64,000 nt of DNA from Dendrobates tinctorius (taxonomy: Eukaryota): contig NW_027361696.1 in assembly GCF_039654945.1 (NCBI RefSeq), forward strand, positions 57,226,001-57,290,000, read 5' to 3'. Made by a program: the position numbers and the translations under genes. Below are positions 50,192 through 61,532 of the stretch, one piece after another. Within the stretch, counting starts at the first letter, position 1. Each line of letters begins with the position of its first letter. The notes beneath the pieces were generated by a model that was not told where the DNA came from, made no database searches, and saw nothing but the letters and a program-made list of their open reading frames with translations.

Positions 50192-50539
50192 TGTTTGTGG
50201 CAACATGGATGCATTCAATCTTTGGAATTAAAATAGACGTTTATCCATCGTCGCCTCTTGTAAACGATACAGTTATCCTGAAAGTGACCGAAATAAGTGA
50301 CACATTCCTGTTATTAAGTTGGTACAAAGGGCAGAACACAAATTCGGACCAACAGATCATATGGCTCAATACAAATAAGGAGAGAAGAAACGGAAGCCAG
50401 ATCTTTAAGGAAGCCGACATTTTTCCTAATGGCTCATTGCAGATCAAAAATGCACAGAAAGACCATAGTGGTTTTTACACAGTGAGCGTGCAAACAACCA
50501 CTGGTCTGTCAGATAAGACCACGTCCTTGACGATAAATG
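50192..50539 (+). CDS. CEACAM-like gene, signal-peptide end plus IgV-like N domain exon
   Basis: Acceptor ttttttctttgtattttgcag, donor G|GTAAGT, 348 nt phase 1-1. Motifs LSWYKG, IFPNGSLQIKN and SGFYTV; no cysteines (a hallmark of CEACAM N domains); N-glycan sequons NDT, NGS, NGS. Confidence 0.9.
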
Positions 50540-50620
50540 GTAAGTGGACTTTATCGTGTATCCAAACTTGATGTGTAATGCAGATCCACAGCACTCTGGT
50601 GGACAGTCCTTGATGCTTAG

Positions 50621-51651
50621 AGGGAATGTGTCACACATTTTTATTTATTTTTAATGTTTTGAATTTCTGTTGAAAAGTTTATTTCTAAGTGTAAAAATTC
50701 AAAGAGTGTAAATTTCTTTAATATATATTTTTTTTACCAACTAAGAGAACGACACTTACTGCAAATATGGCAGCCCCAGGACATAGGAGACTAGGGTCGG
50801 ACACCGACCGCAATCTCCTATTCTGCGGCCGCATGAGAAGGGTACTGGGCACGCACCCTGGGCTTCTACTTGGAGCTAAGTGCCATTTTATTGTAGCCAT
50901 GCACAGATGACTGAGCTATAATTTCCCTCTTCCACCTATACTCACTGTGATCTGAGCGGTGCCGTCATGTCATTGTGGCCCACAGTAATTACCGGAACGC
51001 ACTGTTTGTCTGCGGCGGCGATGTCCTCTAGTGACGTGTGCTCGCCGCTGGATGAAGTTTTCACTGCAGCACTTGTACCTAAACTTGTGTTGACTGGTAT
51101 TTACTGTGATCTGAGCGCAGCAGCTACAATGTTATGACTGCTCCGCTGCTCTATTTTTCATATTTTAGGCTGGTTTCACACTTGCGTTTTTTAGCGCTGC
51201 GCTATCGTGCGCATGCGCATTGCTCTCCTATCTTTAACATGGTGGGCGCATGGTATAGCACTTGTACGCGTTCATGTGCTGCATTTTTTCGAGGTGTGCG
51301 CCCAGGCGAGCCAGACGTAACATGTTGCGCCCAACTGCTGCCAAAAAATGCATGCGCACGTTAGCGCACGGAATGAGCAAAAAAGCAACATTACAGTCTA
51401 TGGCATCGCACGCGTGTGCTAGGACATGCGCACGCATGCGTTTAAAATCGCATGCGTTTTTAGAGTTAACATGGCGACAAACTGGTTAAATTGCATGTGC
51501 AAAAAAACAGCAAACGCATGCAAAGCGCTTAATGCGTTTTTTGCATGCGTTTGGAATGCGCACGAGGCGCAGTGCAAAAAACGCTAGTGTGAAAGTAGCC
51601 TTATACCATTAAAAATGCTGAAAATATTTTTGGGATGATGATACATTCCCT
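50621..51651. mobile_element. Kolobok/T2-type MITE with nested Harbinger-type MITE (51168-51600)
   Basis: Outer TIR AGGGAATGTGTCA / TGATACATTCCCT with degenerate TTAA; inner GGCTGGTTTCACACT / AGTGTGAAAGTAGCC with TTA TSD; second inner-family copy at 62252-62678. Confidence 0.75.
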
Positions 51652-52009
51652 TTCAAATATGTATAATATGATCAGAGGCTTATATTGTCAATTTCTCCCA
51701 ACATTTCAATCCATATAAAGATCTTTCAAATAAAGTAAAAGTAGAATAAGTGACCTAAAAGGCGTTCTAGAAGCAATTTCTAAAGAAATCAGATCAAGTC
51801 CATGTCCTTATTAAAGCTAACAGGTGTACCGTTGCTGTCATGAAATTATATGGTGGAAGAAAAGATGCCAATGTACTTGGTGCATCCTCTACAATGAGGA
51901 ACTTTACCCCATAAGCCTTATATAATTGTTGACTAAACACACACACATACACAAAGTTCGAGATGACCAAACGTTAATGTGTTCTCTATGAGGACACAAC
52001 ATGGTGACC

Positions 52010-52205
52010 TGCTCTACCCTCTCCTACTGTATCCTCACCCATCCCTGTAGACTGTGAGCCCTCGCGGGCAGGGTCCCCTCTCCTTACGTACTTGTGTGTC
52101 CCTTGTCTTATACATGTTTATTATACTTGTCTATATTTCCCCTTTTCACATGTAAAGCGCCATGGAATAAATGGCGCTATATAAATGCATAATAATAATA
52201 ATAAT
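52010..52205 (+). mobile_element. L2 3' end fragment with (AAT)n tail
   Basis: Reverse-complement match to the L2 3' UTR at 34910-35100. Confidence 0.8.
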
Positions 52206-53887
52206 GAGGAGAGCGGCATCTCTGCTTGATTGAATTCCAACCCTTGATCCTTTGTTTTTCACTTGACATCATTTTTCTAGAAAGAGTGAGGAGGAGCCCC
52301 CATGTGCGTTACATACAGGTCCCACCAATAGCTCCCATCCCACATCTATCCCGAAAGCGGGAAACCATTTATTGCTGCTGTTATCATTGGAGATTATGTG
52401 ATTTTCTTAACCATTTAACCTGTTATCCCAGTTTTCCACACCCTGCCAACCTCTCCATCAGACCATCAGCCACCCAGTTGTCTTATTGTGACCTCCACAG
52501 GTTGTATTCTTTTTCCTGTGGCCATTTTCGTAAGAAACATTCTCGTACCACTCGCAAAGAATCAAATCCTTTCTTATAACATCTGACTGACTTTCTCTGC
52601 TGCCCACCTTGCACACGAGTATAACCATTTATAGCATCTTTTAGACAGCCTTGACTCCTCACATATAGAAAAAAGTATAAATCTCCTTACACTGAACCTC
52701 GCAATGAATCCTTTATCTTTTTTTGAGCACCAATTCTGTAAAGGGCTCAAATACTGCGCCTCTAGAGATGATCAAAAAGATCAGCAGGACCCTGATCCAA
52801 CGACCACTTCAATAGTCTATGGCCACTAACCAGAGCCCAGCGAAGCTTCTCATCCTAGCTGCTGGTCACACATCTGATTTGTAGGTCCGGTGTGACAACT
52901 TTGTATCAGCAGGATGCACACATGGCTCCGCACCGGACCTAAAATTAGTAGAGATGCCAGCAGGTGGAGGAGGAAGTTCGCAGGGTTTTGGTTGGCGACT
53001 ATGAGGGTTCTACAAATATTTGCTCAACATTGGGCGCCATTTATATACTAGCTTATTATTGCCACATAGAAAAAAAATGTGTAGACCCGCTTTCCACCAC
53101 AATACCTAACAAACTTTTGGATAAATTGGTTGCGGAAAGGGTTAGGAAAGAATCTAACTTGGGGCTAAGCCATGATGAGAATCGTTAGGGATTATGCATA
53201 CTTCACACTTTGCCCTTTCAAGTATTTATGGACTTTCCCAGCCGCTTCCCTAGTAGTATTCCTCAGCAATGGCCGATACTCAAACAAGCTGGAGTTTTCG
53301 AATAGTGTCATGGTACAGTCCTGAGCAAAGATCAGGTGGAGGTCAGTAAGCAGGGTTCAGATGTAGATCAAGATGGGAAGGAGAACAAAAGCCGGGAAAT
53401 CAAGCCTTGCAAAACTAGTGAGCAGAAACAAACACACCATAGAAGATTATGAACCAAATAGAACTTTTTTCTCAGACCTTAAATGGTTGTGAAGTGAAGT
53501 AAAGCACAAGATGAATGAAGATAGGCTAGAGTTAGACCCTTATCTTACACCGGCCCTCTGAACATGCGTGTGACATGCAGCCAGAGCCAGGAGAGAGCAG
53601 CAGCTAAAAGAAGAACTTCCGTTACGCTTCACGCAAGCGAAATATTTTGTTTTACAATTCCAGTTTGTTTTCTTGAACACTTTACCATTCCTTGCATGAG
53701 TGGCAATTTGGTACAAAACTCCCAAAAGGATGTCATACCGGATCGTTGCCCTACAGAATACGGCACTCTCGGCATTAAAAAGCGAATGTGAAATATTCTG
53801 TTGCTAACATTTTATAGAGTTTTTTTGCAAGCTTTGTGTAGTCTGTGTGATACTTTTACTAATGTGTTTATTCACATCTTTTTACAG

Positions 53888-53908
53888 AGAAAGTAGAAAC
53901 TACTCCGG
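53888..53908 (+). CDS. CEACAM-like gene, 21-nt micro-exon (EKVETTP)
   Basis: Branch point TACTAAT (~53857), acceptor catctttttacag, donor CGG|GTGAGT, phase 1-1 and in frame with the N exon. Confidence 0.7.
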
Positions 53909-54741
53909 GTGAGTGTCTTTCCACTTACGGGGTAATCACAGACCATATAGGTGTCTGTCTAGATCCATACTTTAGTTGCTCATGTTTTTTGCATTTGCAC
54001 ATCTTTATTTGCTTGTGCCATATAGTATCACATCATTTAGAGCACCCACGCTATTAACACTTTTCATGGCTCTCACAGGGGTGTACCGATCCCTTTGCAA
54101 AGATCTAGTGGGTACGGGAAGCCACACTAAATGCTTTTTGGCACAGTGTGTTTTCCCCAGAAGGAACAAAACTGCCTTTCTGGTGCCCCTATAGGTATCC
54201 ACCCTGTAAGTGAACATTGAACATATTAAAGAGCCTTGAAAAATGCTATATCAACTGGAACAGATATATACACCCTTCAGTGGGCTAGAAAAATACAACC
54301 TCTTTTTCACTTGTGTGGTTTGTACAAGATGCTCTTATAGGGCCCATTCATCATAAAGTTTTGAAAAACTGGCTTTGATGCTCAATAGGAGCTCAGCTTT
54401 CATTTTATTGGATGAAACAAATGCTTCCCTGCCAGTTGGGCGGCAGACTTTGTGGAGGGCACCAGTGTTGAATGATTGTAGCTAACATGCCGTAATACAC
54501 CCAAGCTCTGTTCCTCTGGTTTACTTCTGGACCCTCTCATTCCAGCAAGAAGCATGCATTGTGTGGTTTGGAAGTGATGTAATATGGATAATGCAAAAAA
54601 AAAAAAATATAGACCACCAAATCTTTGGACACCAATTGTGATTGCAAACGTCCAGGAGGCGATTATGAAAAGTTGGAGAAAATCAACGTGACGATTATCC
54701 CAGCAGACAGGTCAGCGGAACAATGTGTTGCATTGTACTTA

Positions 54742-55569
54742 TGTTAGGCGTCGGATTCCTGTAGCTACACAACAGGAGTCCAGAGCCTCACATACTGCTT
54801 TGCAGCAAGTCACTCCTGAGGCAAAGTCCCGCTGCCACTCCACTGAGCATGCTCATGAGGCGATCTCCCATTGGAGCTCGGGAGTCACGTGCTCAGGTCC
54901 TTCCCCTGATCTGGTTGGTCCATGTCAGAGATCTGGAAGGTCCCGGCAGCGCACGGCTATAAAAGGACCGCATGGCCGTTCGGCCATGCGCTAGTATAGA
55001 CATTACTTGCTAGATGTGTGAATGGTGATGGATGTATGATTCTGGTGACTGACTCATTTAAGACACCTTCCCTCTGAGATTACGCATGTGGATAGGGAAT
55101 TAGTTCAGCAGTCAGCGCTAGTCAGTGGCAAGCCTTAGGGCACTGTGCACACCGCGCCTCTACACTAGCGTCCGATTGTGCTACTCCTCAGGGCACTATC
55201 GTCTCGCGGCAGTGCCCTACGCCACGCTGCAGTTGCAGCTCTCTTTGGCGCCCGCAGTAGCGACGCTGCACACACAGTAGGTCTAGATGGACGCAGTTCC
55301 TTCTGCCTTTGGTCCTGCACCTGTGACCTGATACCGTGTGTGCATTTATCTGAGCCCTGTAACGCTAACAGGCTCAGCCTGGCATCTCTGTGATTAAACA
55401 GTGATTGCTCTGCGCACCTGGGTGACGTTTAACCCCATGCGCATTATACCGCCATATAGCACGTCTGCCATTACTCAGCAGCAGTTATAACACCCTCTGC
55501 ACGGTGGACCCCGAGTGGCGAACGCACTTTATTATTTATTTTATTTAGTGCGTTCCTCCGTTCCTAACA
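54742..55569. mobile_element. Solo LTR, 828 bp
   Basis: TGTTAGG / CCTAACA termini, 5-bp TSD ACTTA, TATAAAA at ~54958. Confidence 0.92.
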
Positions 55570-56814
55570 ACTTAAGTCTTGACACCTGAAGCCACCGATT
55601 CTCATTTGTGCAAGAGTTAAAAAAGTGAGATAAACTGACGCATTGGCTACATTTACTGGATTTAGAGAGTCATGTGGTCCTGTTCCAATGCATCATGTCA
55701 ATTTAAGCAAGGCTGCATGTAAGCGGATCGTTGGAATTTGCTTGCACACAGAATAATCCCACGCATGGCACCAACATTCATCTCATGATTTAAAAAAAAA
55801 ATAGGATTTGATGCATGGATTATGACTCCATATGGGAATTTTTCTAGCAAGATAACCAGTCACATACTTGAATATTGTTTCTATCAGCATAGATTCTCAC
55901 TATAGCCAACACCCACCTATCCCAGGATGTCATGTGCACACCCTTCTATAAATTCTAAAAACCTTCTACCAGCCCCAGTCATCTTAATGTGGCCTCCATA
56001 TTCTCTGGTTTCTCCAATGTCGCAATTTTCCTAATGCAAGTTCTCCTATGCAACATCAAATTCTTTCTAGGTCCCTCTCACTTTCTGTCCTTTTAGACTT
56101 GATTCCAGTTAGAATACAAGTATTCACGTTATCTTGGATAAAGTAGAGCATATTTTTTCAATATTTGGTTCGGATTACGATCGCCGGCGAATATTGCTTT
56201 TGCAATATTCAACGAACATAGCTGAACTCCATTGGAGTCAATGGGAATACAAATGAGCAAATACGTTTGGAAACGATCGTCAAACGTAAACTTGGCACGT
56301 ATAGGGTACCAGTATGGCATGAATATGGCAAATTCGGATTCGGCGATTGTTTCCGAACATATTCGCTCATCTCTAATCTTGAACAATTGCTGTTTATACA
56401 CACAGCTTAACCCAAGACACTAAAACAGGAATCCAATAATGTGTAGATTTTCTTAAACCGATGCTCCCAATATGGTAGACCAATTCTACTTCTAGCTGAG
56501 TGGTACTGCAATGGGATCAAATGTTACCCCATACGATGCTAGCCCACTATGGCTGCAAAGGAAACATGTATACCATTGACTAGAGTTGAGCAGCGAATAT
56601 GTTCAGAAACAATTGCCAAATCTAAATTTGCCATCTTCATTCCATATCGGTACCCTATTTGTGCCGAATTTATGTTTGCTGATCGGTTCTGAACATATTC
56701 GGTCATTTTCTACTCCCATTGACTCCAGTGATGTTTAGCTGTGTTCGACACATATTGCAGAAACAGTATTCACCGCCGATCGTAATCCGAACCGAATTTT
56801 GAAAAATTCACTTA

Positions 56815-58359
56815 CCGTATATACTCGTGTATAAGTTGAACCATGTATAAGCCGACCCCCTTAATTTTGCCACAAAAAACTGGGAAAACTTATTGACTCG
56901 CGTATAAGCCTAGGGTGGAAAATGCAGCAGCTACTGGTAAATTTCAAAAATAAAAATAGATACCAATAAAAGTAAAATTAATTGAGATATCAGTAGGTTA
57001 AATGTTTTTGGATATCCATATTGAATCAGGAGCCCCATATAATGCTCCATACAGTTCATGATGGGCCCCATAAGATACTCCATACAAAATACACCCCATA
57101 TAATGCTGCACAAAGGTTAATAATGCCCCCATAAGATGCTCCATAGAATAATATGCCCCATATAATGCTCCATAAAGGTTATGGCCCCATAATATGCTCC
57201 ATAGATTATGCCCCCATAAGATGCTCCATAAATTATGCCCCAATAAGATGCTCCATAGATTATGCCCTCATATGCTGCTCCATAGAATATGCCCCCATAT
57301 GCTGCTCCATAGATTATGCCCCCATATGCTGCTCCATAGATTATGCCCCCATATGCTGCCCCATAGAATATGCCGACATATGCTGCCCCATAGATTATGC
57401 CCCCATATGCTGCCCCATAGATTATGCCCCCATATGCTGCCCCATACAATATGCCCCCATATGCTGCCCCATAGAATATGCCCCCATATTCTGCTCCATA
57501 TAATATGCCCCCATATTCTGCTCCATAGAATATGCCCCCATATGCTGCCCCATAGAATATGCCCCCATATTCTGCTCCATATATATGCCCCCCATATTCT
57601 GCTCCATAGAATTTGCCCCCCATATGTTTCTCCATAGAATATCCCCCGTATGCTGCCCCATAGGATATGCCCCCATATGCTGCTCCGTAGAAGTAGAATA
57701 TGCCCCCATATGCTGCTCCATAGAATATGCCCCCATATGCTGCCTCTTAGAATATGCCCCCATATGCTGACCCATAGAATATGCCCCCATATGCTGCTCC
57801 ATAGAATATGCCCCCATTTGCTGCTCCATAGAATGTCCCCATATGCTGCTCCATAGACTGTGCCCCCATATGCTGCTCCATAGAATATGCCCCCATATGC
57901 CACTGCTGAAAAAAAAAAAAAATGCCATACTCGCCTCTCCTGCTCAGGACCAGTCACCTGAGATATTCACCTGTCCAGGGTCCATCGCTGCTCACCGCTG
58001 TCTGCAGCTTCCTGTGTCAGTGACTGTTCAGCCAGCAGAGGGCGCAGCGCGCACTAACCACGTCACCGCACCCACTGCTGCCTAAACGTCACTTACACAG
58101 GACGCAGCAGACAGCGGTGAGCAGTGATGGACCCCGGACAGGTGAATATCGCTATACTTACCCCCTGGCGCAGTCTCTGCAGCTCCGCTTCTCCACGGTC
58201 TCCCTTCCTGCCTTCAGCGGTCATGTGATACCGCTCATTGCACCCCGCTCCCCCTCCCCCGCCGACCCCCAGGTATATGACTCGTGTATAAGCTGAGAGG
58301 GGGACTTCCAGCCCAAAAAAATGGGCTGAAAATCTCGGCTTGTACACGAGTATATACGG
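56815..58359. mobile_element. Tc2/pogo-like non-autonomous element carrying a 27-bp minisatellite
   Basis: TIR CCGTATATACTCGTGTA / TACACGAGTATATACGG, TA TSD. Confidence 0.9.
57030..57900. repeat. 27-bp minisatellite (ccatagaatatgcccccatatgctgct)
   Basis: About 30 copies read directly; explains the YGAAYGG-type ORFs. Confidence 0.95.
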
Positions 58360-59676
58360 TAACTTTACCCATGACCTCTTTCAATAGCGTATTCTTATGT
58401 GGAAGAGATTACCGTAAATGAGGACATTTTCTGCATCTCTGATGGCCCCTCAGAGACTCCTATGCCATATTTTAGACAACCTTAACTGTATCTCTAATCT
58501 TCCTTCCACTTTGAGGCTCAGTCAATCTCAAGTTGGCTTTCTAGAGATATCTGTCATCAAAGATCCAAATGGAAATTTTAGGTAAAATTCTCCGACCGCA
58601 ATAACATGTTTATATCAATTGTAAATTGGAGTCGTGAATCTGAGGCTTAATCAGGAACTGAGTTTCCTGACCCTGAATGAGTTTGCATTAGCAATGGATG
58701 ACATGCAAAAAATCCAGGCCTGTGCTTATCAACAGTGTAACATATCAACGTTCCATGTCCTAGCTGTGCAAATGATAAGTGAAGTAGAGAAGGGTGTAGT
58801 ATCGTATTGTAATTAGCTACTGGATATGATCATTAGACTCAATACAATACACCATGGACGGTTGAACTCCATTCCATATAACTTGATGTGTTTCCTTACA
58901 AATCAGTAGTGCTGACATAACGTTGACACCAGTTACACGAACAACCACTACATGATCAGTACATGGATTTTTGTAGGAATAGAAATACTAGAGGCACTGT
59001 GTAAACTGTTAAAGCGGTTGTCTAGTACTTTTATATTGATTGCCTATTCTTAGGATTGGTCGTCAATATCAGATTGGTGGAGGAGCTACACACTGCTCCC
59101 CATGATAAGCTGGTGTCATTGGTGACCAGATGTTGTCAGATGAAGAGCTGCACAGCACATCTCCGTCAACTGTAAAATTTCTTCCAAATTGTGTTGATTC
59201 TGCTGAAAGCTTGACTTTGCAACGTGGACATCTTCCTGCACAGTTAACTGATCACGAGCTTGGGAATTCCTAGGGTGACTTGTCCTACATTGATTGTCAT
59301 TTTCACTGAAAACCATATGTTGAGCAAGAGGTTATGACCGACCGTCAACAGACCTATCCGTGTTGATCCTTTATCTGTGGCGTTATCTGATCTGTAGAAG
59401 CAAGAAAACTAATCCCCAGAAAATGTCCAAAACTGAAATAACAAAATAAAATTCATGCCCAGAATATTGAACCTGTAGTGTTGCAGACGATATTCCTAAA
59501 CATAAGATGGCCACAACATTGCATAATCGCTGGCAAAGTTATTATTGTGTGCAAACCACAGAAGGGAAACGTTTCTGTTTTTCATGGCCTACCTTAAATA
59601 AAAAAGTGTAGAAATTTAGAGATTGCATCTAGCTTGTCTAATGATCAGCTTCTCTACTTTGACATTATTTTTTTAG

Positions 59677-59706
59677 ATACTTCTGAGAAAGATCCAGGTC
59701 AAAAGG
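59677..59706 (+). CDS. CEACAM-like gene, 30-nt micro-exon (DTSEKDPGQK)
   Basis: Acceptor tttgacattatttttttag, donor AGG|GTGAGA, phase 1-1, open in frame, hydrophilic stalk-like peptide. Confidence 0.55.
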
Positions 59707-60534
59707 GTGAGACAAACTGACGTTATCAGTCCGTGATGACTTCTTAAGCGATCACTGTTTTTTTAACAAACCTTGCTTATTAGAATATCAATTTAGCTGC
59801 TATGAAAATTATAATGCACTTTTTTCAACCAAAATTATTATTTTTTTTTTGCTGAATACTGCTTTAAAATTTAGGCTGCTTGCTGTCTACCTTCCTTGCA
59901 ACTTTATGTCCACTGCCTGTTATCAAGTCTAATCCATCTGAAGTTACAGACAAGCAAGATGGCTTACAGGAAGAGAGGGCATGTCATTTACAAGCCTGTT
60001 CTCTCTGCCATCTCTTACATGGTGTTTAATGCCTTTCAAATGCCTGAGCTTCAGGACTCTCCAGCATTTTCTTATTTTCATTTGCCTGCCCACTTATAAA
60101 ATAATATCAGCTTGTGTCCCCTTCGCTACTCAACCTTTTTTTGCAATGCCTGCTAGCTCACTCTCTTCATCCTAGGCTTGTCTGCAAGATTTGCTATCTC
60201 TCTCCTCTTGCCTCCTAGTTTCTTAATAGCGCAAAAGCAGAAAATAACAGTGCATTGTAGGAACTAAGGAAAGTGACGTTAGAGCACATGCTGGCAAGTC
60301 CTAGTAGATCTGGCATAAAATAGCAAGATGGCACTTGCCTCCTTGTTTGTCATAGAACATTAGCAGTGAAAATTTAAGCAGTGCATTGTGGGAAACACAT
60401 GAAAGGAAGGTAATACACACACACAAACCATCACCTCTAGTAGATCCAGCGGCTGAGAAAAGCATGAAAGAGGTCTCCTTGTTTATTATAGCACATTAGC
60501 AGTGAAAATTTAATCTGTGCTTTGTGGGAACTAA

Positions 60535-61067
60535 GGGTACCGTTACACTTATAGATGCACCAGCGATCCCAACAACGATACGACCTTGTCAGGATCGCTG
60601 GTGGGCTGCCAAACAGGCAGCTTCACCAGCGATCAGCACCATCGAGGACGCTGGTATCTAAGGTAAATATCGGGTTACTAAGCAGCGCGCGTCAGTTACC
60701 CGACGTGTAGCTTAGAAACCTGCGTGCTGGCGCCGGGAGCTGTGAGCACGCAGGTTTCTAAGGTGCACATCGGGTAACTTAGTGACACGCGCCGCTTAGT
60801 AACACGATATTTACCTTAGATACCAGCTCCTAGTGCCTGCTTAGAGCGCTGAGAGCGTCGCTGATCGTTGGCTCCCGCTGCCATATGCAGCAATGCTTGC
60901 AGGCCAGAGGGAGAGCAACGATCAAAAAGTGGCCCAGGACTATCCTGAACGATCAGCGATACCCGGCAGGGGACCCGGTCGCTGATGTGTGTCACACACA
61001 GCGATATCGCTGGTGAGATCGCTGTGGCATCACTAAATCAGCTATCTCGCTGTGTGTGACGGGACCT
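60535..61067. mobile_element. PIF/Harbinger-type MITE, related subfamily (copy 4)
   Basis: GGGTACCGTTACAC / GTGTGACGGGACCT termini, TAA TSD. Confidence 0.8.
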
Positions 61068-61317
61068 TAAAGCAAGGAAAGTCAACGCTAGGTTCCTCTA
61101 TTCATTTACACACTCAACGCTCCATGATGGAAACGTACGTCTTGGTGCATGTCAAGGTGTGTGAAATGGGCTCAGAAGCTGAGCCTTTTAGAAACTGCAA
61201 ATTCAGGCTGTGTTACGGCTTGTGCACACGTTGGAGATTTGGTGCGTTTTTGCCATACAAATTTGCTAGCAAAACCTAAAGCAATCCTGAATTAGAAAGC
61301 TGAAGTGTCATGCACAC

Positions 61318-61527
61318 CATAGAATCATAGAATCGTAGAGTTGAAAGGGACCTCCTGGGCCATCTGGTCCAACCCCCTGCTCAAAGCAGGATTCGCTAAA
61401 TCATCCCAGTCAGATGTCTGTCCAGCCTCTGTTTGAAGACTTCCATTGAAGGAGAACTCACCACTTCTCGTGGCAGCCTGTTCCACTCATTGATCACTCT
61501 AACTGTCAAAAAGTTTTTTCTAATATC
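61318..61527 (-). mobile_element. ~210-bp 3' stub of the same CR1 family
   Basis: Near-identical to 35472-35678. Confidence 0.9.
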
Positions 61528-61532
61528 CATAA

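Noticed and set aside
52281-52318. Possible extra exon after acceptor catcatttttctag (ERVRRSPH...)
   Set aside because: No good in-phase donor and no IgC motifs
56998-57957. YGAAYGG-repeat ORFs resembling keratin-associated or structural proteins
   Set aside because: 27-bp minisatellite inside a TIR/TA-bounded element; no splice or promoter context
60176-60267. Possible CEACAM TM/GPI exon GLSARFAISLLLPPSFLIAQKQKITVHCRN* after a good acceptor
   Set aside because: Starts like CEACAM TM exons (GLSA), but the hydrophobic run is short with two prolines, and most of it is a unit of a local ~130-bp degenerate repeat (60210-60530); needs RNA evidence
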